The position numbers and the translations under genes are program-made. A stretch of 64,000 nt of DNA. It comes from Anaerolineae bacterium. GTDB taxonomy: Bacteria; Chloroflexota; Anaerolineae; B4-G1; SLSP01. The notes below the pieces were generated by a model, which did no database searches, had not been told where the DNA came from, and saw only the letters and a list, made by a program, of their open reading frames with translations. Positions within the stretch are counted from its first letter, which is position 1. The number at the start of each line of letters is the position of its first letter. Positions 10,210-21,192 of the stretch are shown here, piece after piece. Location: contig DAOTXC010000120.1 of the NCBI GenBank assembly GCA_034435555.1, positions 3,132-67,131 on the forward strand, written 5' to 3'.

Positions 10210-11256
10210 GTGTTACCCTGGTTAGGCGAATGGTTAACCCCAGTTTTCGGGCCGTTTCGGCTGCTCACCTCGTACCTCTTTCTTGCCAGCACAGGGACGG
10301 CGCTGGCGGCCCTGGCGACCTGGCTCCTGCTCCCCCGGCTCTGGTCACACCTGCCCCGCGACGGAGGGCGCGCCTTCGCCGTGGATGGCGAGCGCAGCCG
10401 GGGCAAACCCGTGGGGGCCGGGCTGATCTTTGTGTCAATTTTCGCCATCGTCTGCCTGTTGGTGCTGCCCTTCCGGCTCTGCAATCTACAGGTTTTAGCC
10501 TGCATGTTACTGGCGATGGCGGTCGGCTTCATTGACGATAAAATCGGCGGGCTAAGCGAACTGCAATTGGGACTTGCCGACCTGGGCATCGCCTTCCTCG
10601 GCGCGCTGGCCTTCTGCGAGGCTGCCCCGGTGATGATCTGGCTGCCGCTCATCAAGACAACATTTGCCATCTCCCCGTGGCTCTTCGTCCCGCTGGCGAC
10701 GCTACTGATCTGGTTGTGCATCAACGCGACCAACTGCACCGACGGCGTAGACGGCCTGTCGGGCAGCCTGGCAACGCTGGGGTTCGTCTACCTCGGCGGC
10801 ATCCTCTACGCCATCTTGGGCCATCAAGAGATCTCCCACTACCTGCTGGTGCCGCACTACCCCGATGGGGCCAACTGGGCCATCATGGCCTTTGTGATGG
10901 CAGGCTGTCTGGCGGGCTACCTCTGGCACAACGCACATCCCAGCGCGGTACTGATGGGCGACGCCGGCTCGCGTCCGATGGGATTTTTGATTGGGCTGCT
11001 GGTGCTGGCGACAGGCAACCCGTTCATGGTGGTGGTGGTCGCCTTCATGGTGCTGGTGGATGGCGCTACGGGGCTGCTCAAAGTCGCGCTGCTCCGCTTC
11101 TTCAACATCGGCATCTTCAGGACGGTGCGCTATCCCCTGCACGACCACGTCCGCAAGGAGCTGGGCTGGTCGAATACGCAGGTGCTCGTGCGGTTTGTGC
11201 TCCTACAAACCGTTATCACCCCGCTGCTGCTGGTCTTCCTGTTCAAAGTGCGGTAA
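10210..11256 (+). CDS. MraY/WecA-family (glycosyltransferase family 4) polyprenyl-phosphate sugar-phosphate transferase; MraY-like C-terminus
   Basis: FIDDKIGG. NATNCTDGVDGL. MGDAGSRPMGF. C-terminal YPLHDHVRKELGWSNTQVLVRF resembles MraY [20 protein letters not shown]. GTG start. Not inside a dcw cluster. Confidence 0.7.
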   Translation: MLPWLGEWLTPVFGPFRLLTSYLFLASTGTALAALATWLLLPRLWSHLPRDGGRAFAVDGERSRGKPVGAGLIFVSIFAIVCLLVLPFRLCNLQVLACMLLAMAVGFIDDKIGGLSELQLGLADLGIAFLGALAFCEAAPVMIWLPLIKTTFAISPWLFVPLATLLIWLCINATNCTDGVDGLSGSLATLGFVYLGGILYAILGHQEISHYLLVPHYPDGANWAIMAFVMAGCLAGYLWHNAHPSAVLMGDAGSRPMGFLIGLLVLATGNPFMVVVVAFMVLVDGATGLLKVALLRFFNIGIFRTVRYPLHDHVRKELGWSNTQVLVRFVLLQTVITPLLLVFLFKVR

Positions 11257-11268
11257 GCGCGCGCCCTC

Positions 11269-12075
11269 TCACCCCCGCGTGGTAACGAGATTCCCCGATG
11301 CGTAGCGCCGCAAGCCCCGGTAGAAGACCCAGCGGGCCAGCAGGCATATCCCCACGGTGACGAGCGACAAGAGCGCCAGCCAGCGCACGTCGAAATCAAG
11401 CAGCAGCCGGGCCGGGACCGACCCCACAAAAGCCGACGGGATCAAGGTATAGAGCACACCCCGCACCCCAGCAGGGAAGAAGTCAATAGGATAGAGCGCA
11501 AAGGAGAGCGTGGCGTTGCGAAGTTGCATCGCCAACTCCTGGGCCTGTCCCAGCCAGAAGGCGAGCGAGCCGGTCAGCACTCCCACCGAGGCGAAGAAGA
11601 ACGCCACCAGCACCGTCAGCAGGATGAAGAGGGGCAGCCGTTGCCAGCCGGTGGGGATAGCGATCACGTAGAGGAGCAAGCCGAAGAAGATGTCCCCCCA
11701 CCCCGGCAACGTCATCCGCGAGACGAGCAGGTGTAGCAACGGATCGGCGGGCAGGACGAGGTAATAATCCAGATCGCCCCCGGCAATTAGCGCGGCGACC
11801 CAGGAGGCGTTGCCGAAGACCACAACGGAGAGGCCGAAGCCCGACGCGGCGATGGCGTAGATCGTGACGACGCCGGTGAGGTCCCAGCCATTCAACAGCG
11901 GGAAACGCTGGAAAAGCAACGTCCAGAAGAAGAGCAGCATCACGTTGTTGAGCATCATCCCCAACACCTGCATCGCGAAGGCCCCCCGGTAGGCCAGAGC
12001 CGCCATGAAATTATGGCGGACGTAATACACAATCAAGCGCCAGGCGGACTTCATATCAGCCCCCTTGCACCACAA
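11269..12075 (-). CDS. ABC-2 family transporter permease
   Basis: 268 aa, about 6 TM segments. Adjacent to a second permease and an ABC ATPase, overlapping by 20 nt. Confidence 0.6.
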   Translation of the reverse strand: MWCKGADMKSAWRLIVYYVRHNFMAALAYRGAFAMQVLGMMLNNVMLLFFWTLLFQRFPLLNGWDLTGVVTIYAIAASGFGLSVVVFGNASWVAALIAGGDLDYYLVLPADPLLHLLVSRMTLPGWGDIFFGLLLYVIAIPTGWQRLPLFILLTVLVAFFFASVGVLTGSLAFWLGQAQELAMQLRNATLSFALYPIDFFPAGVRGVLYTLIPSAFVGSVPARLLLDFDVRWLALLSLVTVGICLLARWVFYRGLRRYASGNLVTTRG

Positions 12076-12829
12076 GCCGCCGCCGCGCGCGTTGCCAAAC
12101 CCCGGCCACGATCAACGCCAGCAGGCCGATGTAGAGCAGCTGGCCCACCAACGTCTCCCGCACAAAGGCCGCGTCGTAGGCAACCCAGGCCCGCGCGGGT
12201 GCATAGGTGATGAAATTGAAAGGCAGCCAGCGCGAGAGCGTCCGCAGCCAATCGGGAAAGAACTCCAGCGGCAGGAACAGCCCGCCCACGGTGAAGAGGA
12301 GCTTCTGGTAGATCCAAAAGACGGGCACGACCTCCTCCATCCAGAAGGCCAACAGGCCGATGAGCACTGCAATCAACGCATCGAGCGGCAGCGCGGCGAG
12401 CGCGCCCGGCAGGCTCCCCACCTGGAAGCCGACGCCCAATCCCACAACAATCACAGCGGTGACGAGATTGATGGCGCAACGCGGCAGCGTTGTTCCCAGC
12501 GAATTCGCCAGTTGCAGCAGCGGATAGGGCGCGGGACGGGTGAGCGTGTAGGCCACCGCCCCGGAGCGCACCGTCTCCGCGATCTCCAGAAAGATCCGCG
12601 AGGTGGAGAGCGCAATCGTCTCGGTGATCGCCAGATACCAGAGCATGGTGGTAAGGGTGTACCCGCTGAGGCTCGTCACACCCTGCGCGGTGTAGACGGT
12701 GCGCCACAGCGCCATGAAGATGCCCATGAAGATCACCATCGAGACGGCGCGCAACACGAACTCGCTGCGATAGGTGAGCTGTTGCCGGGCCGCGATCCGG
12801 GCCATGAAGGCGTAACGCCGCAGCGCCAT
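12056..12829 (-). CDS. ABC-2 family transporter permease
   Basis: 257 aa multi-TM protein. Immediately follows the ABC ATPase gene, with overlapping stop and start. Confidence 0.6.
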   Translation of the reverse strand: MALRRYAFMARIAARQQLTYRSEFVLRAVSMVIFMGIFMALWRTVYTAQGVTSLSGYTLTTMLWYLAITETIALSTSRIFLEIAETVRSGAVAYTLTRPAPYPLLQLANSLGTTLPRCAINLVTAVIVVGLGVGFQVGSLPGALAALPLDALIAVLIGLLAFWMEEVVPVFWIYQKLLFTVGGLFLPLEFFPDWLRTLSRWLPFNFITYAPARAWVAYDAAFVRETLVGQLLYIGLLALIVAGVWQRARRRLVVQGG

Positions 12830-13915
12830 CTACGCCCCCGCGTCCTGCGCGTAAATCTGCGCGATGATCTCTTCCATCGGCGGATTGTCAATGGTGATGT
12901 CAACGATGGTGTAGCGCGACAATAACTGCGCGATCACCGCTTCGATTGAGGCCCGCGAACCATCCACCAACAATTTGACGCCGTAGCCTTTGTGTTTGAG
13001 CACCTGCACGCCGGGCGCTTCAAAGCCCTGCCAGGCTGACCCCAGTTTGAGCGACACGGTTTTGGTGCGCAGGTAGTTGTGCTTGAGATCGTTGACGCGC
13101 CCATCGTAGATGACCTCGCCGTGGTTGATGACCATCGCCCGCTGGCACAGCACCTCGACATCGCCCGCATCGTGGGAGGTGAGGAAGATCGTCACCCCCT
13201 CCGAGCGGTCGAGCTCCAGGATCAGATCCCGGATGCGCTGCTTGACGACCACATCCAGGCCGATGGTCGGCTCGTCAAGGAAAAGGATGCGCGGGCTGTG
13301 CAACAGCGAGGCCGCGATCTCACACCTCATGCGCTCCCCCAGGGAGAGCTTCCGCACGGGCGTTTCCACGTAACCACCGATGCCGAACAGCTCGATCAGA
13401 TAGGCACGGCGCTCCACGTAAGCGCGCCCATCCAGTTCGTAAATGTGAGCCAACAGATCAAAAGAATCGGCTGGGGGCAGATGATACCAGAGCTGCGACT
13501 TCTGCCCAAAGACCGTGCCGATCTTGTAGGCCAACTGCCGCCTGGCTTGCCAGGGCGTCTTCCCCAAAACCCGCGCCGTACCGCTGGTGGGATACAAAAT
13601 GCCGGTGAGCATCTTGATCGTCGTTGATTTGCCCGCCCCATTCGGCCCAATGAAGGCGAGGCGCTCGCCCATCGGCACCGTGAAAGAGATATTCTTGACC
13701 GCTTGCACCGTGCGATGCTCAGGGCGGAAGAAGGCACGCAGGCTCCCGCGCAGCCCGGCGGCCTTGTCGGCGATCTGGAAATCCTTGGTCAGCCCCTCAA
13801 CCTCGATAACGTTCAATGGCGTCCCCCGTGTAGAAAGATACTCGCCAGACATTGTATCCCCCTTTGGAACAGAACGCAAAGGCGCGTGTCGGGGCATTGA
13901 TAAAACGCTCCCCAA
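12830..13915 (-). CDS. ABC transporter ATP-binding protein with C-terminal extension
   Basis: Walker A GPNGAGKST. ABC signature LSLGERMR. Walker B LFLDEP. H-loop TSHD. Confidence 0.85.
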   Translation of the reverse strand: MGSVLSMPRHAPLRSVPKGDTMSGEYLSTRGTPLNVIEVEGLTKDFQIADKAAGLRGSLRAFFRPEHRTVQAVKNISFTVPMGERLAFIGPNGAGKSTTIKMLTGILYPTSGTARVLGKTPWQARRQLAYKIGTVFGQKSQLWYHLPPADSFDLLAHIYELDGRAYVERRAYLIELFGIGGYVETPVRKLSLGERMRCEIAASLLHSPRILFLDEPTIGLDVVVKQRIRDLILELDRSEGVTIFLTSHDAGDVEVLCQRAMVINHGEVIYDGRVNDLKHNYLRTKTVSLKLGSAWQGFEAPGVQVLKHKGYGVKLLVDGSRASIEAVIAQLLSRYTIVDITIDNPPMEEIIAQIYAQDAGA

Positions 13916-13975
13916 AAAAATCAGGGAGCCTTATCGGCTCCCCAATCATTGGTCACACAAGTAACCTGCCAGCAC

Positions 13976-14188
13976 TCACCCGTAGCGCTGGCGTCGCGCC
14001 ATACGGCGGCGACGCTGCCGCGCCTTGCGGATACCCTTGCGCTTAGCGATGCGCTCCTGCTCACCCTTGGTGATGAAGTAGCGGCGCTTCTTCAATTCGC
14101 TAAAAATGCGATCCTGTGTTACCTTGCGGCGAAACCGTTTGATCAGGCTCTCAGCTGATTCACCAGCACGCAATTCTACAATCGTCAC
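13976..14188 (-). CDS. rpsU: 30S ribosomal protein S21
   Basis: 70-73 aa basic protein (LIKRFRRKV ... RRYFITKGEQERIAKRKG ... RQRRRRMARRQRYG) aligning along E. coli S21. GTG start at 14188 is preferred because a GGAGG lies 8 nt upstream. The track ORF extends to 14197. Confidence 0.85.
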   Translation of the reverse strand: MTIVELRAGESAESLIKRFRRKVTQDRIFSELKKRRYFITKGEQERIAKRKGIRKARQRRRRMARRQRYG

Positions 14189-14557
14189 GAATGTCACCTC
14201 CTCTTGATATTATAAGCACGCCGTCCCAAAAAGGGCGGCAATTCCACAACAAAAAAACCTGGGACTCCGCCACCGGCGTTCCCAGGTTCACAAGGCCTAA
14301 TTACAGCGCGTCAAATCATCGGACGCGCATCCTTATGCGTGATAACGTCTCCGCGCACACCCCGGTGCGCCTCGCTATGCACAGCCTCCCTATCTACTCG
14401 TTACTCTTCCAAATCACGTAACCCAGAGGCACTCCTGAGATGCGCTCTTAACTCCCACATCTCCTTACTACTCGTATTCTACCCCGAAAACACGATCTTG
14501 TCAAAATCGAATTGATGTTCACAAAAATTATGGCGCGCACAGCCCCAGAGCCAACCC

Positions 14558-15820
14558 CTACTGAGCCGCTCGATCTGCTTGCCCCGCCCACAGGGTAGCG
14601 AGGCGCGCACAGACCTCGACAGCCTGGCCCATATCCTGCAAGCTGATCCACTCCAGGGGGCCGTGAAGGTTCTGCATCCCGGTAAAAAGGTTCGGCGTCG
14701 GCACACCGCGCGCGGTCAGGCGCGCGCCATCGGTGCCGCCCCGCACCGAATAGAGGTACGGCTCAAGCCCACAGTCCCTCACAGCCTGGACCGCCAGCTC
14801 CACCGGCAGCGGATCTTTCTCGAGCCAGTAGCGCATGTTGCGATATTGCTCCACAAATTCGCAGGTGACCCGAGCGCGCGGCTCGATAGTCTGCACCGTC
14901 TCTGCCAACGATTGCAAAACGGCGCGGTGGGCGGCCAGACCCTCCAGCTCGAAGTCGCGGAGGATGAAGTGCAACTCTGCCCGCTCCGTCCGCCCCTGCA
15001 TCTGATAGAGATGAATGAAGCCCTCGCGCCCCTCGGTTACTTCAGGGCTGCAGGTGGATTGCGGCAAACAGCTGATGAACTTGGCGGCGAGTTGCAGCGC
15101 GTTGACGAGCTGCCCGCGCGCGGTTCCGGTGTGCGCCGGCACGCCCTCAATCGTTACCACCGCCTTATCCGCGGAGAAGGTCTCACCCGTGACTTCGCCC
15201 GGCAGCCCGCCATCGAGGGTGTAGGCCACATCGGCGCGCAGATCTTCCAGCCGCAGATGCTTGACCCCGCGCCCGATCTCCTCGTCCGGCGTGAAGACCA
15301 GCCGCAGCTCGCCGTGGGGGATTTCGGGATGCTCTAGCAACCATTGCGCCAGCGTCATCATGATGGCAACACCGGCCTTGTCGTCCGCGCCCAGCAGCGT
15401 CGCGCCGCTCGCGGTGATGATGTCGTGGCCGATTCGCGCCTGCAATGCGGGCAGCGTCTGGGGATCGAGCACCCGGCGCGGATCGTCGGGTAGCGCGATG
15501 GGCCGGCCATCGTAGGCGCGATGCACCAGCGGCTTGACTTCCGCCCCGCTGGTGTCGGGGGAGGTATCCACATGCGCCAGAAATGCAACGGTCGGCGCGG
15601 ATTTATCCACGGTAGCGGGCAAGGTGGCGAAAAGTGTCGCGTAGTCCGTGAGCGCGATCTCCTCCGCCCCCAACACTTCCAGCTCCTGCGCGAGCAGCCG
15701 CAAGAGCTCATACTGCTTCTCCGTGCTGGGCACCGCCAGCGATGATTCCTGGCTCTGCGTATCAATCTGGACGTAGCGCAAAAAACGCGCCTCCAAAGCT
15801 TGAAGATATTTTTGTTCCAA
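14558..15820 (-). CDS. pepT: Peptidase T (tripeptide aminopeptidase, M20B family)
   Basis: HVDTSPDTSG metal-binding motif. Length 420 aa. M20 catalytic/dimerisation organisation. Confidence 0.8.
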   Translation of the reverse strand: MEQKYLQALEARFLRYVQIDTQSQESSLAVPSTEKQYELLRLLAQELEVLGAEEIALTDYATLFATLPATVDKSAPTVAFLAHVDTSPDTSGAEVKPLVHRAYDGRPIALPDDPRRVLDPQTLPALQARIGHDIITASGATLLGADDKAGVAIMMTLAQWLLEHPEIPHGELRLVFTPDEEIGRGVKHLRLEDLRADVAYTLDGGLPGEVTGETFSADKAVVTIEGVPAHTGTARGQLVNALQLAAKFISCLPQSTCSPEVTEGREGFIHLYQMQGRTERAELHFILRDFELEGLAAHRAVLQSLAETVQTIEPRARVTCEFVEQYRNMRYWLEKDPLPVELAVQAVRDCGLEPYLYSVRGGTDGARLTARGVPTPNLFTGMQNLHGPLEWISLQDMGQAVEVCARLATLWAGQADRAAQ

Positions 15821-16108
15821 GTGCTTACTCCCTCAGAAAATAGCCACCAAGAACACAGAGTTCACAGAGAAAAAGAAAAACTCAGCGTGCTCTATGATCT
15901 CTATGGCTTAAATTTTAATCCTCGTTTTCACAACTCTCTCTAGCCCTATTGTAGACCCAAAGCACAATCTCGCCAAGGTGTCAGCTCTCCTCCAAGCCGT
16001 TACAAAATGACACAAAAATCGCCTTGCCTATCGCCCCATAATGTGGTATCTTTAGCCCCACGAGGCGCACGGTGTGCCTCCGATCACCTCAGGTCAAGGA
16101 GTTTGATT

Positions 16109-16768
16109 ATGACTGTTGCGGTATCAGCGGATAAACGCCGCGATCAAAACACACCGGTTCCGTTCACGCGGGCCGGTGTTATCGTTGTAGCGGCCTACAT
16201 TGCTGCTCAAATGCTGGCCGACATCGGCAGCCTGAAGATCGCCCTGGTCGGCGGCTTTAGCATTGACGGCGGCACCTTCATCTATCCCCTCACCTTCACA
16301 TTGCGGGATATGGTGCATAAGATCCTGGGCGCCCGCGCCGCACGTACCGTGATCATCACGGCGGCGCTGATCAACATGCTGATGGTGTTCTACTTCGTCT
16401 TCATCGCCTGGTTGCCCGCCGATCCCAGCTGGGAGCTGCAGGATGCCTTTACCGCCGTCCTCACCCCTGTCTGGCGGATTGTCGTCGCCAGCATCATCGC
16501 CGAGGTCATCAGCGAGCTGCTGGATACCGAAATTTACGAACTCTGGGTCACGCGCGTGACGCGGCGGTACGAGTGGAGCCGCGTTCTGGTCAGCAATGCC
16601 TTCGGCATCCCCGTGGATAGCCTCATCTTCTGCTGGCTGGCCTTCGGGGGCCTGTACCCCAACGCCGTCGTCTGGTCTATCTTCTGGGCCAATGTGCTGG
16701 TCAAGATGATCACCGCGGTGATCAGCATGCCCGGCATCTATCTGGTCAAAGAGCCGCCTAACACATAA
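16109..16768 (+). CDS. yhhQ: YhhQ-family (DUF165) queuosine-precursor transporter
   Basis: 219 aa. 6 TM segments. IYPLTFTLRDMV motif. ATG at 16109 has a GGAG 9 nt upstream. Lies next to era and convergent with tgt. Confidence 0.7.
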   Translation: MTVAVSADKRRDQNTPVPFTRAGVIVVAAYIAAQMLADIGSLKIALVGGFSIDGGTFIYPLTFTLRDMVHKILGARAARTVIITAALINMLMVFYFVFIAWLPADPSWELQDAFTAVLTPVWRIVVASIIAEVISELLDTEIYELWVTRVTRRYEWSRVLVSNAFGIPVDSLIFCWLAFGGLYPNAVVWSIFWANVLVKMITAVISMPGIYLVKEPPNT

Positions 16769-16780
16769 AGAGAGCAAACA

Positions 16781-17806
16781 ATGACAGAAAAAGAAACGTC
16801 CGACATCAACCAGGAAAGCCTGGAACTCATCAAGACCTTCCTTTCCGAGACCGGGGCCACACCGGAGGTAGGGGGAGATGCACTGGACTGGCATACCGAG
16901 CCGCTGCCGGAGGATCATCGCTCCGGCTTCATCGCGCTGATTGGACGGCCCAACGTGGGCAAGTCCACCTTGCTCAACGCGCTCCTGGGCCAGAAGGTGA
17001 GCATCGTCTCCAAGAAGCCCCAGACCACACGGCAGCGCGTCCAGGGGATCCTGACGCTGCCCACCTACCAAGCCATCTTCATTGACACGCCCGGCATCCA
17101 CGCCCGGCCCCATCTGCGCATCGGCGAGAGGATGGTCGAGAGCGCCGTCTCCGCCATCCCCGAAGCAGACATCATCCTCTTCGTTGTGGATGTCTCCGTC
17201 GCTCCGCACGAAGATGACCAGCGCATCGCGGCATTGCTGGCGGGAAAAGCCCCAGAGTGTCCGGTGATCTTCGTGCTCAACAAGATGGATCAGCTGCAAT
17301 TGGAGGAGGCAGAGGAGCGGATTGAAGCTTACTGGGCGCTCTTGCCCAGCTATGCCGACTCCATGCCCACCAGCGCAACGCGGGGCACGAACGTCCTCAA
17401 GTTACGCGAGCATCTGGTAGCCCAGCTCCCCCTCGGCCCGCGCTATTATCCCCACCATCAGGTGACGGATCAGACCGACCGCCAGATCGCCGCCGAGCTG
17501 ATCCGCGAGGGCGTGCTGCGCTACACGCACCAGGAGGTGCCCCACGCCGCCGCCGTCCTGATCAACGAATACGAGGAGCATGAGAACCACGTCATCTACA
17601 TTGACGCAACGCTCTGGGTGGAGCGCGAGTCGCAGAAGGGGATTGTCATCGGCAAGCAGGGGCAGATGCTCAAGAAGATCGGCGCGGCAGCCCGGCAACA
17701 GTTGGAGCGGATGTTGGGACAGCGCGTCTATTTGGACCTGTACGTCAAAGTCCGCACCAAGTGGCGCGAGCGCGAGCAGGATCTCCGCGAGCTGGGGCTA
17801 ACGTAA
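16781..17806 (+). CDS. era: GTPase Era (with about 40-aa N-terminal extension)
   Basis: G1 GRPNVGKST. DTPG. NKMD. C-terminal KH domain (VERESQKGIVIGKQGQMLKKIG). Confidence 0.9.
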   Translation: MTEKETSDINQESLELIKTFLSETGATPEVGGDALDWHTEPLPEDHRSGFIALIGRPNVGKSTLLNALLGQKVSIVSKKPQTTRQRVQGILTLPTYQAIFIDTPGIHARPHLRIGERMVESAVSAIPEADIILFVVDVSVAPHEDDQRIAALLAGKAPECPVIFVLNKMDQLQLEEAEERIEAYWALLPSYADSMPTSATRGTNVLKLREHLVAQLPLGPRYYPHHQVTDQTDRQIAAELIREGVLRYTHQEVPHAAAVLINEYEEHENHVIYIDATLWVERESQKGIVIGKQGQMLKKIGAAARQQLERMLGQRVYLDLYVKVRTKWREREQDLRELGLT

Positions 17807-17811
17807 GCGAG

Positions 17812-19002
<1,191 letters not shown>

Positions 19003-19188
19003 TCAGTAGATCGAAAAACGCTCCAAGGGGATCGCCAGATCCCCGCTTCAGGTCTGGATCTGATGATCCAGACCGAGCAAAATCACTTGGTGGCGAACTG
19101 GCGCGGACTCAAGCGCGCCCTCCTCCCGACACGCGAACCGCCCACCCGCTAGCCTCCCACCGGGTGGGCGGGGTGTTATACGACAGTC

Positions 19189-20085
19189 TTACGGAGCCGG
19201 CGGCGTGGGCAGTGGGGAGAGTGCCGGTTCCGGCGCTTCCGGGGCCACGGTCTCTTGCAACAGCGGCTCCAGCGGCGTGACCAGCTCCATCACCGAGGCC
19301 CACAGCGCCTCGAGCTCCGGCCCGACGCGGAACGAATTGGTCGCAATGAGCGCATCCAGGGCCTCGATCCGGGTCTGGAGCGCCTCCAACGTCTCGGCCT
19401 CCTCAGGCAATGCCGCGCGCGCCTGCTCCAGGTGCGCCACAGCGACCGGTAGCATCTCACGGGCCAGGCGCGGGTTATCCTCCAACAGCAATAGCCGCAC
19501 CTTCAGCAAATCCTGCGCCGTCTGCAAAAGCATCATCCGCCCGGAAAGCGTCCCGACCAGCTGGCGCGTATCCCGGGTCTCCGCCAGCCCGGCACTGAGC
19601 TCCACGTTGAGCGTCTCGAGCTCGCGGAGATTCGCCTCCTGAGCGGCGAGCAGCGTCTCCAGATCCGCGAGCGCCTGCGTCAGCTCGTCGAGTTGCGCCT
19701 CAGTATCTGCGATACGCGCCAGCGCCGCTGCGCTCTCCTCGCCGTAAGCGACCAGCTCCTCGCGGGAGGCGGCGAGCTCCGCCAGCTCCGTCAACTGCAC
19801 CTCCAGGCTGGTGATACGCGATTGCAGGGCCTCGACCTGCTCCTGCTCGCGGAGTTGCGTCTGCTCCAGACGCTGCTCCAAGACGGTGATGCGCGCGCGG
19901 TTATCCTGCACCGGTTGTACCAGGGTGCGGTAGCCCCAGGGGATGCCCCAGTAGAGCGCCAGTCCCAGGCCCGCGCCGATGATGAGCACAAACGTCAGGC
20001 GCAACAAGAACTTAAAAATCTTACCCAACGTCTCTCCAGCTACCTGCCATCCCGAACGCCGGGGCGTCGTCGTTTCCTGTGTCAT
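19189..20085 (-). CDS. Hypothetical membrane-anchored coiled-coil protein
   Basis: One N-terminal TM segment, then about 200 aa of heptad-rich Ala/Leu/Glu coiled coil, then a Pro-rich tail. No enzymatic motif. Confidence 0.5.
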   Translation of the reverse strand: MTQETTTPRRSGWQVAGETLGKIFKFLLRLTFVLIIGAGLGLALYWGIPWGYRTLVQPVQDNRARITVLEQRLEQTQLREQEQVEALQSRITSLEVQLTELAELAASREELVAYGEESAAALARIADTEAQLDELTQALADLETLLAAQEANLRELETLNVELSAGLAETRDTRQLVGTLSGRMMLLQTAQDLLKVRLLLLEDNPRLAREMLPVAVAHLEQARAALPEEAETLEALQTRIEALDALIATNSFRVGPELEALWASVMELVTPLEPLLQETVAPEAPEPALSPLPTPPAP

Positions 20086-20096
20086 CTGTTACCTCC

Positions 20097-21023
20097 TCAT
20101 TCACCTGAGGCCGGGGGCGTTTGCGGCCCCTCGCCAAAGATTTCTTGCAAAAGTTCCTGTAGCCGCTCGAAGAAGCGTTGCCCCCGCTCGGCCTGCGACT
20201 GGACGGTCTCCAATTCTGTGGAGAAGACGCCCAGCTGCGCATCAACGGCGTCAGCGTGTTCTTCCAGCGCCAGGGTCTGCTCGCGCAGGGCGGCGACCTC
20301 GGACTCGGCGGCCTGCATCCGCACGGTGAGGCCCTCCAGGGTATCGAGCCGCTGCCGCAGGCTGGTGGCATCGCTGCGCAAGATGGCGATCTGCCCTGCC
20401 AGCGCCTCGGATTGGCTGCGCAGATCCAGCACCGCCTCGCTGTGGTTGATGTCCAGTGAGCCGTTGATGCCGGAAAGCACCAGGAGCGTAAAGACCATGC
20501 CCAGCAGCGCCCCCGCCAACGAGGCCCACAGCCACGCCCAGAAGCTGCTGTTGTTGGTGCTAGCGACCACCGGTGTCGGGGATGTATCAGGAGCGACGGG
20601 CGGTTCAGGTTCGGGGGCCGGTTCAGACTCCAGTTCGGGCAAGGGATCGAAGGTAGGCGCAGCCGGGGGGTTGAGATGCAAGGGGTCTGGGAAGAGCGTC
20701 TCGAGTACAGGGGTAGGTTCCGGCTCATCTTCTGGCTCAGCAGCAGCGACCGGCTCCACTTGCAGGCGCGACGCCCAACGTTCATACAGCACCTCACCGA
20801 TACCGGGGACCTCTTTGAGTATCGCAGGGGACTCAAAGGGGCCTTGCATCTCGCGGTAGGCCAGGATGCGCTGGGCCAATGTCGGGCCAACGCCCTCCAA
20901 CGTCATCAGCTCCGCCTCAGTTGCCCGGTTCAGGTCTACCAGAGGCAACACCGTCGTTTCTTTTTGTGCTTCCAGATTCAAATCTGGCGCGACTTCAAAA
21001 TCCACCTGGTTTTCAGTCTCCAT
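20097..21023 (-). CDS. ComEA-like helix-hairpin-helix protein with central TM segment and C-terminal coiled coil
   Basis: N-terminal LNRATEAELMTLEGVGPTLAQRILAYRE (ComEA HhH motif). Acidic Pro-rich linker. TM FWAWLWASLAGALLGMVFTLLVL. Coiled coil. Confidence 0.6.
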   Translation of the reverse strand: METENQVDFEVAPDLNLEAQKETTVLPLVDLNRATEAELMTLEGVGPTLAQRILAYREMQGPFESPAILKEVPGIGEVLYERWASRLQVEPVAAAEPEDEPEPTPVLETLFPDPLHLNPPAAPTFDPLPELESEPAPEPEPPVAPDTSPTPVVASTNNSSFWAWLWASLAGALLGMVFTLLVLSGINGSLDINHSEAVLDLRSQSEALAGQIAILRSDATSLRQRLDTLEGLTVRMQAAESEVAALREQTLALEEHADAVDAQLGVFSTELETVQSQAERGQRFFERLQELLQEIFGEGPQTPPASGE

Positions 21024-21192
21024 CCTCCACCTCCTCTCTCAAATCAGCAAATCAAAAAATCAGCGAAATAGCAACACTCTTTATTATACGCGCCCCGCCG
21101 CCAGAGTGCAAATCACCGAGAGAAGAAAGAGGTGAAGCGGCTCATCCGCGCATCGGGTCAGCCGCTATATTGTTCAAACGTGCAAATCCCTA

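Noticed and set aside
15981-16060. preQ1 riboswitch upstream of yhhQ
   Set aside because: Stem-loop and A-tract are present, but loop size and conserved nucleotides do not match any preQ1 class. Kept only as a low-interest note.
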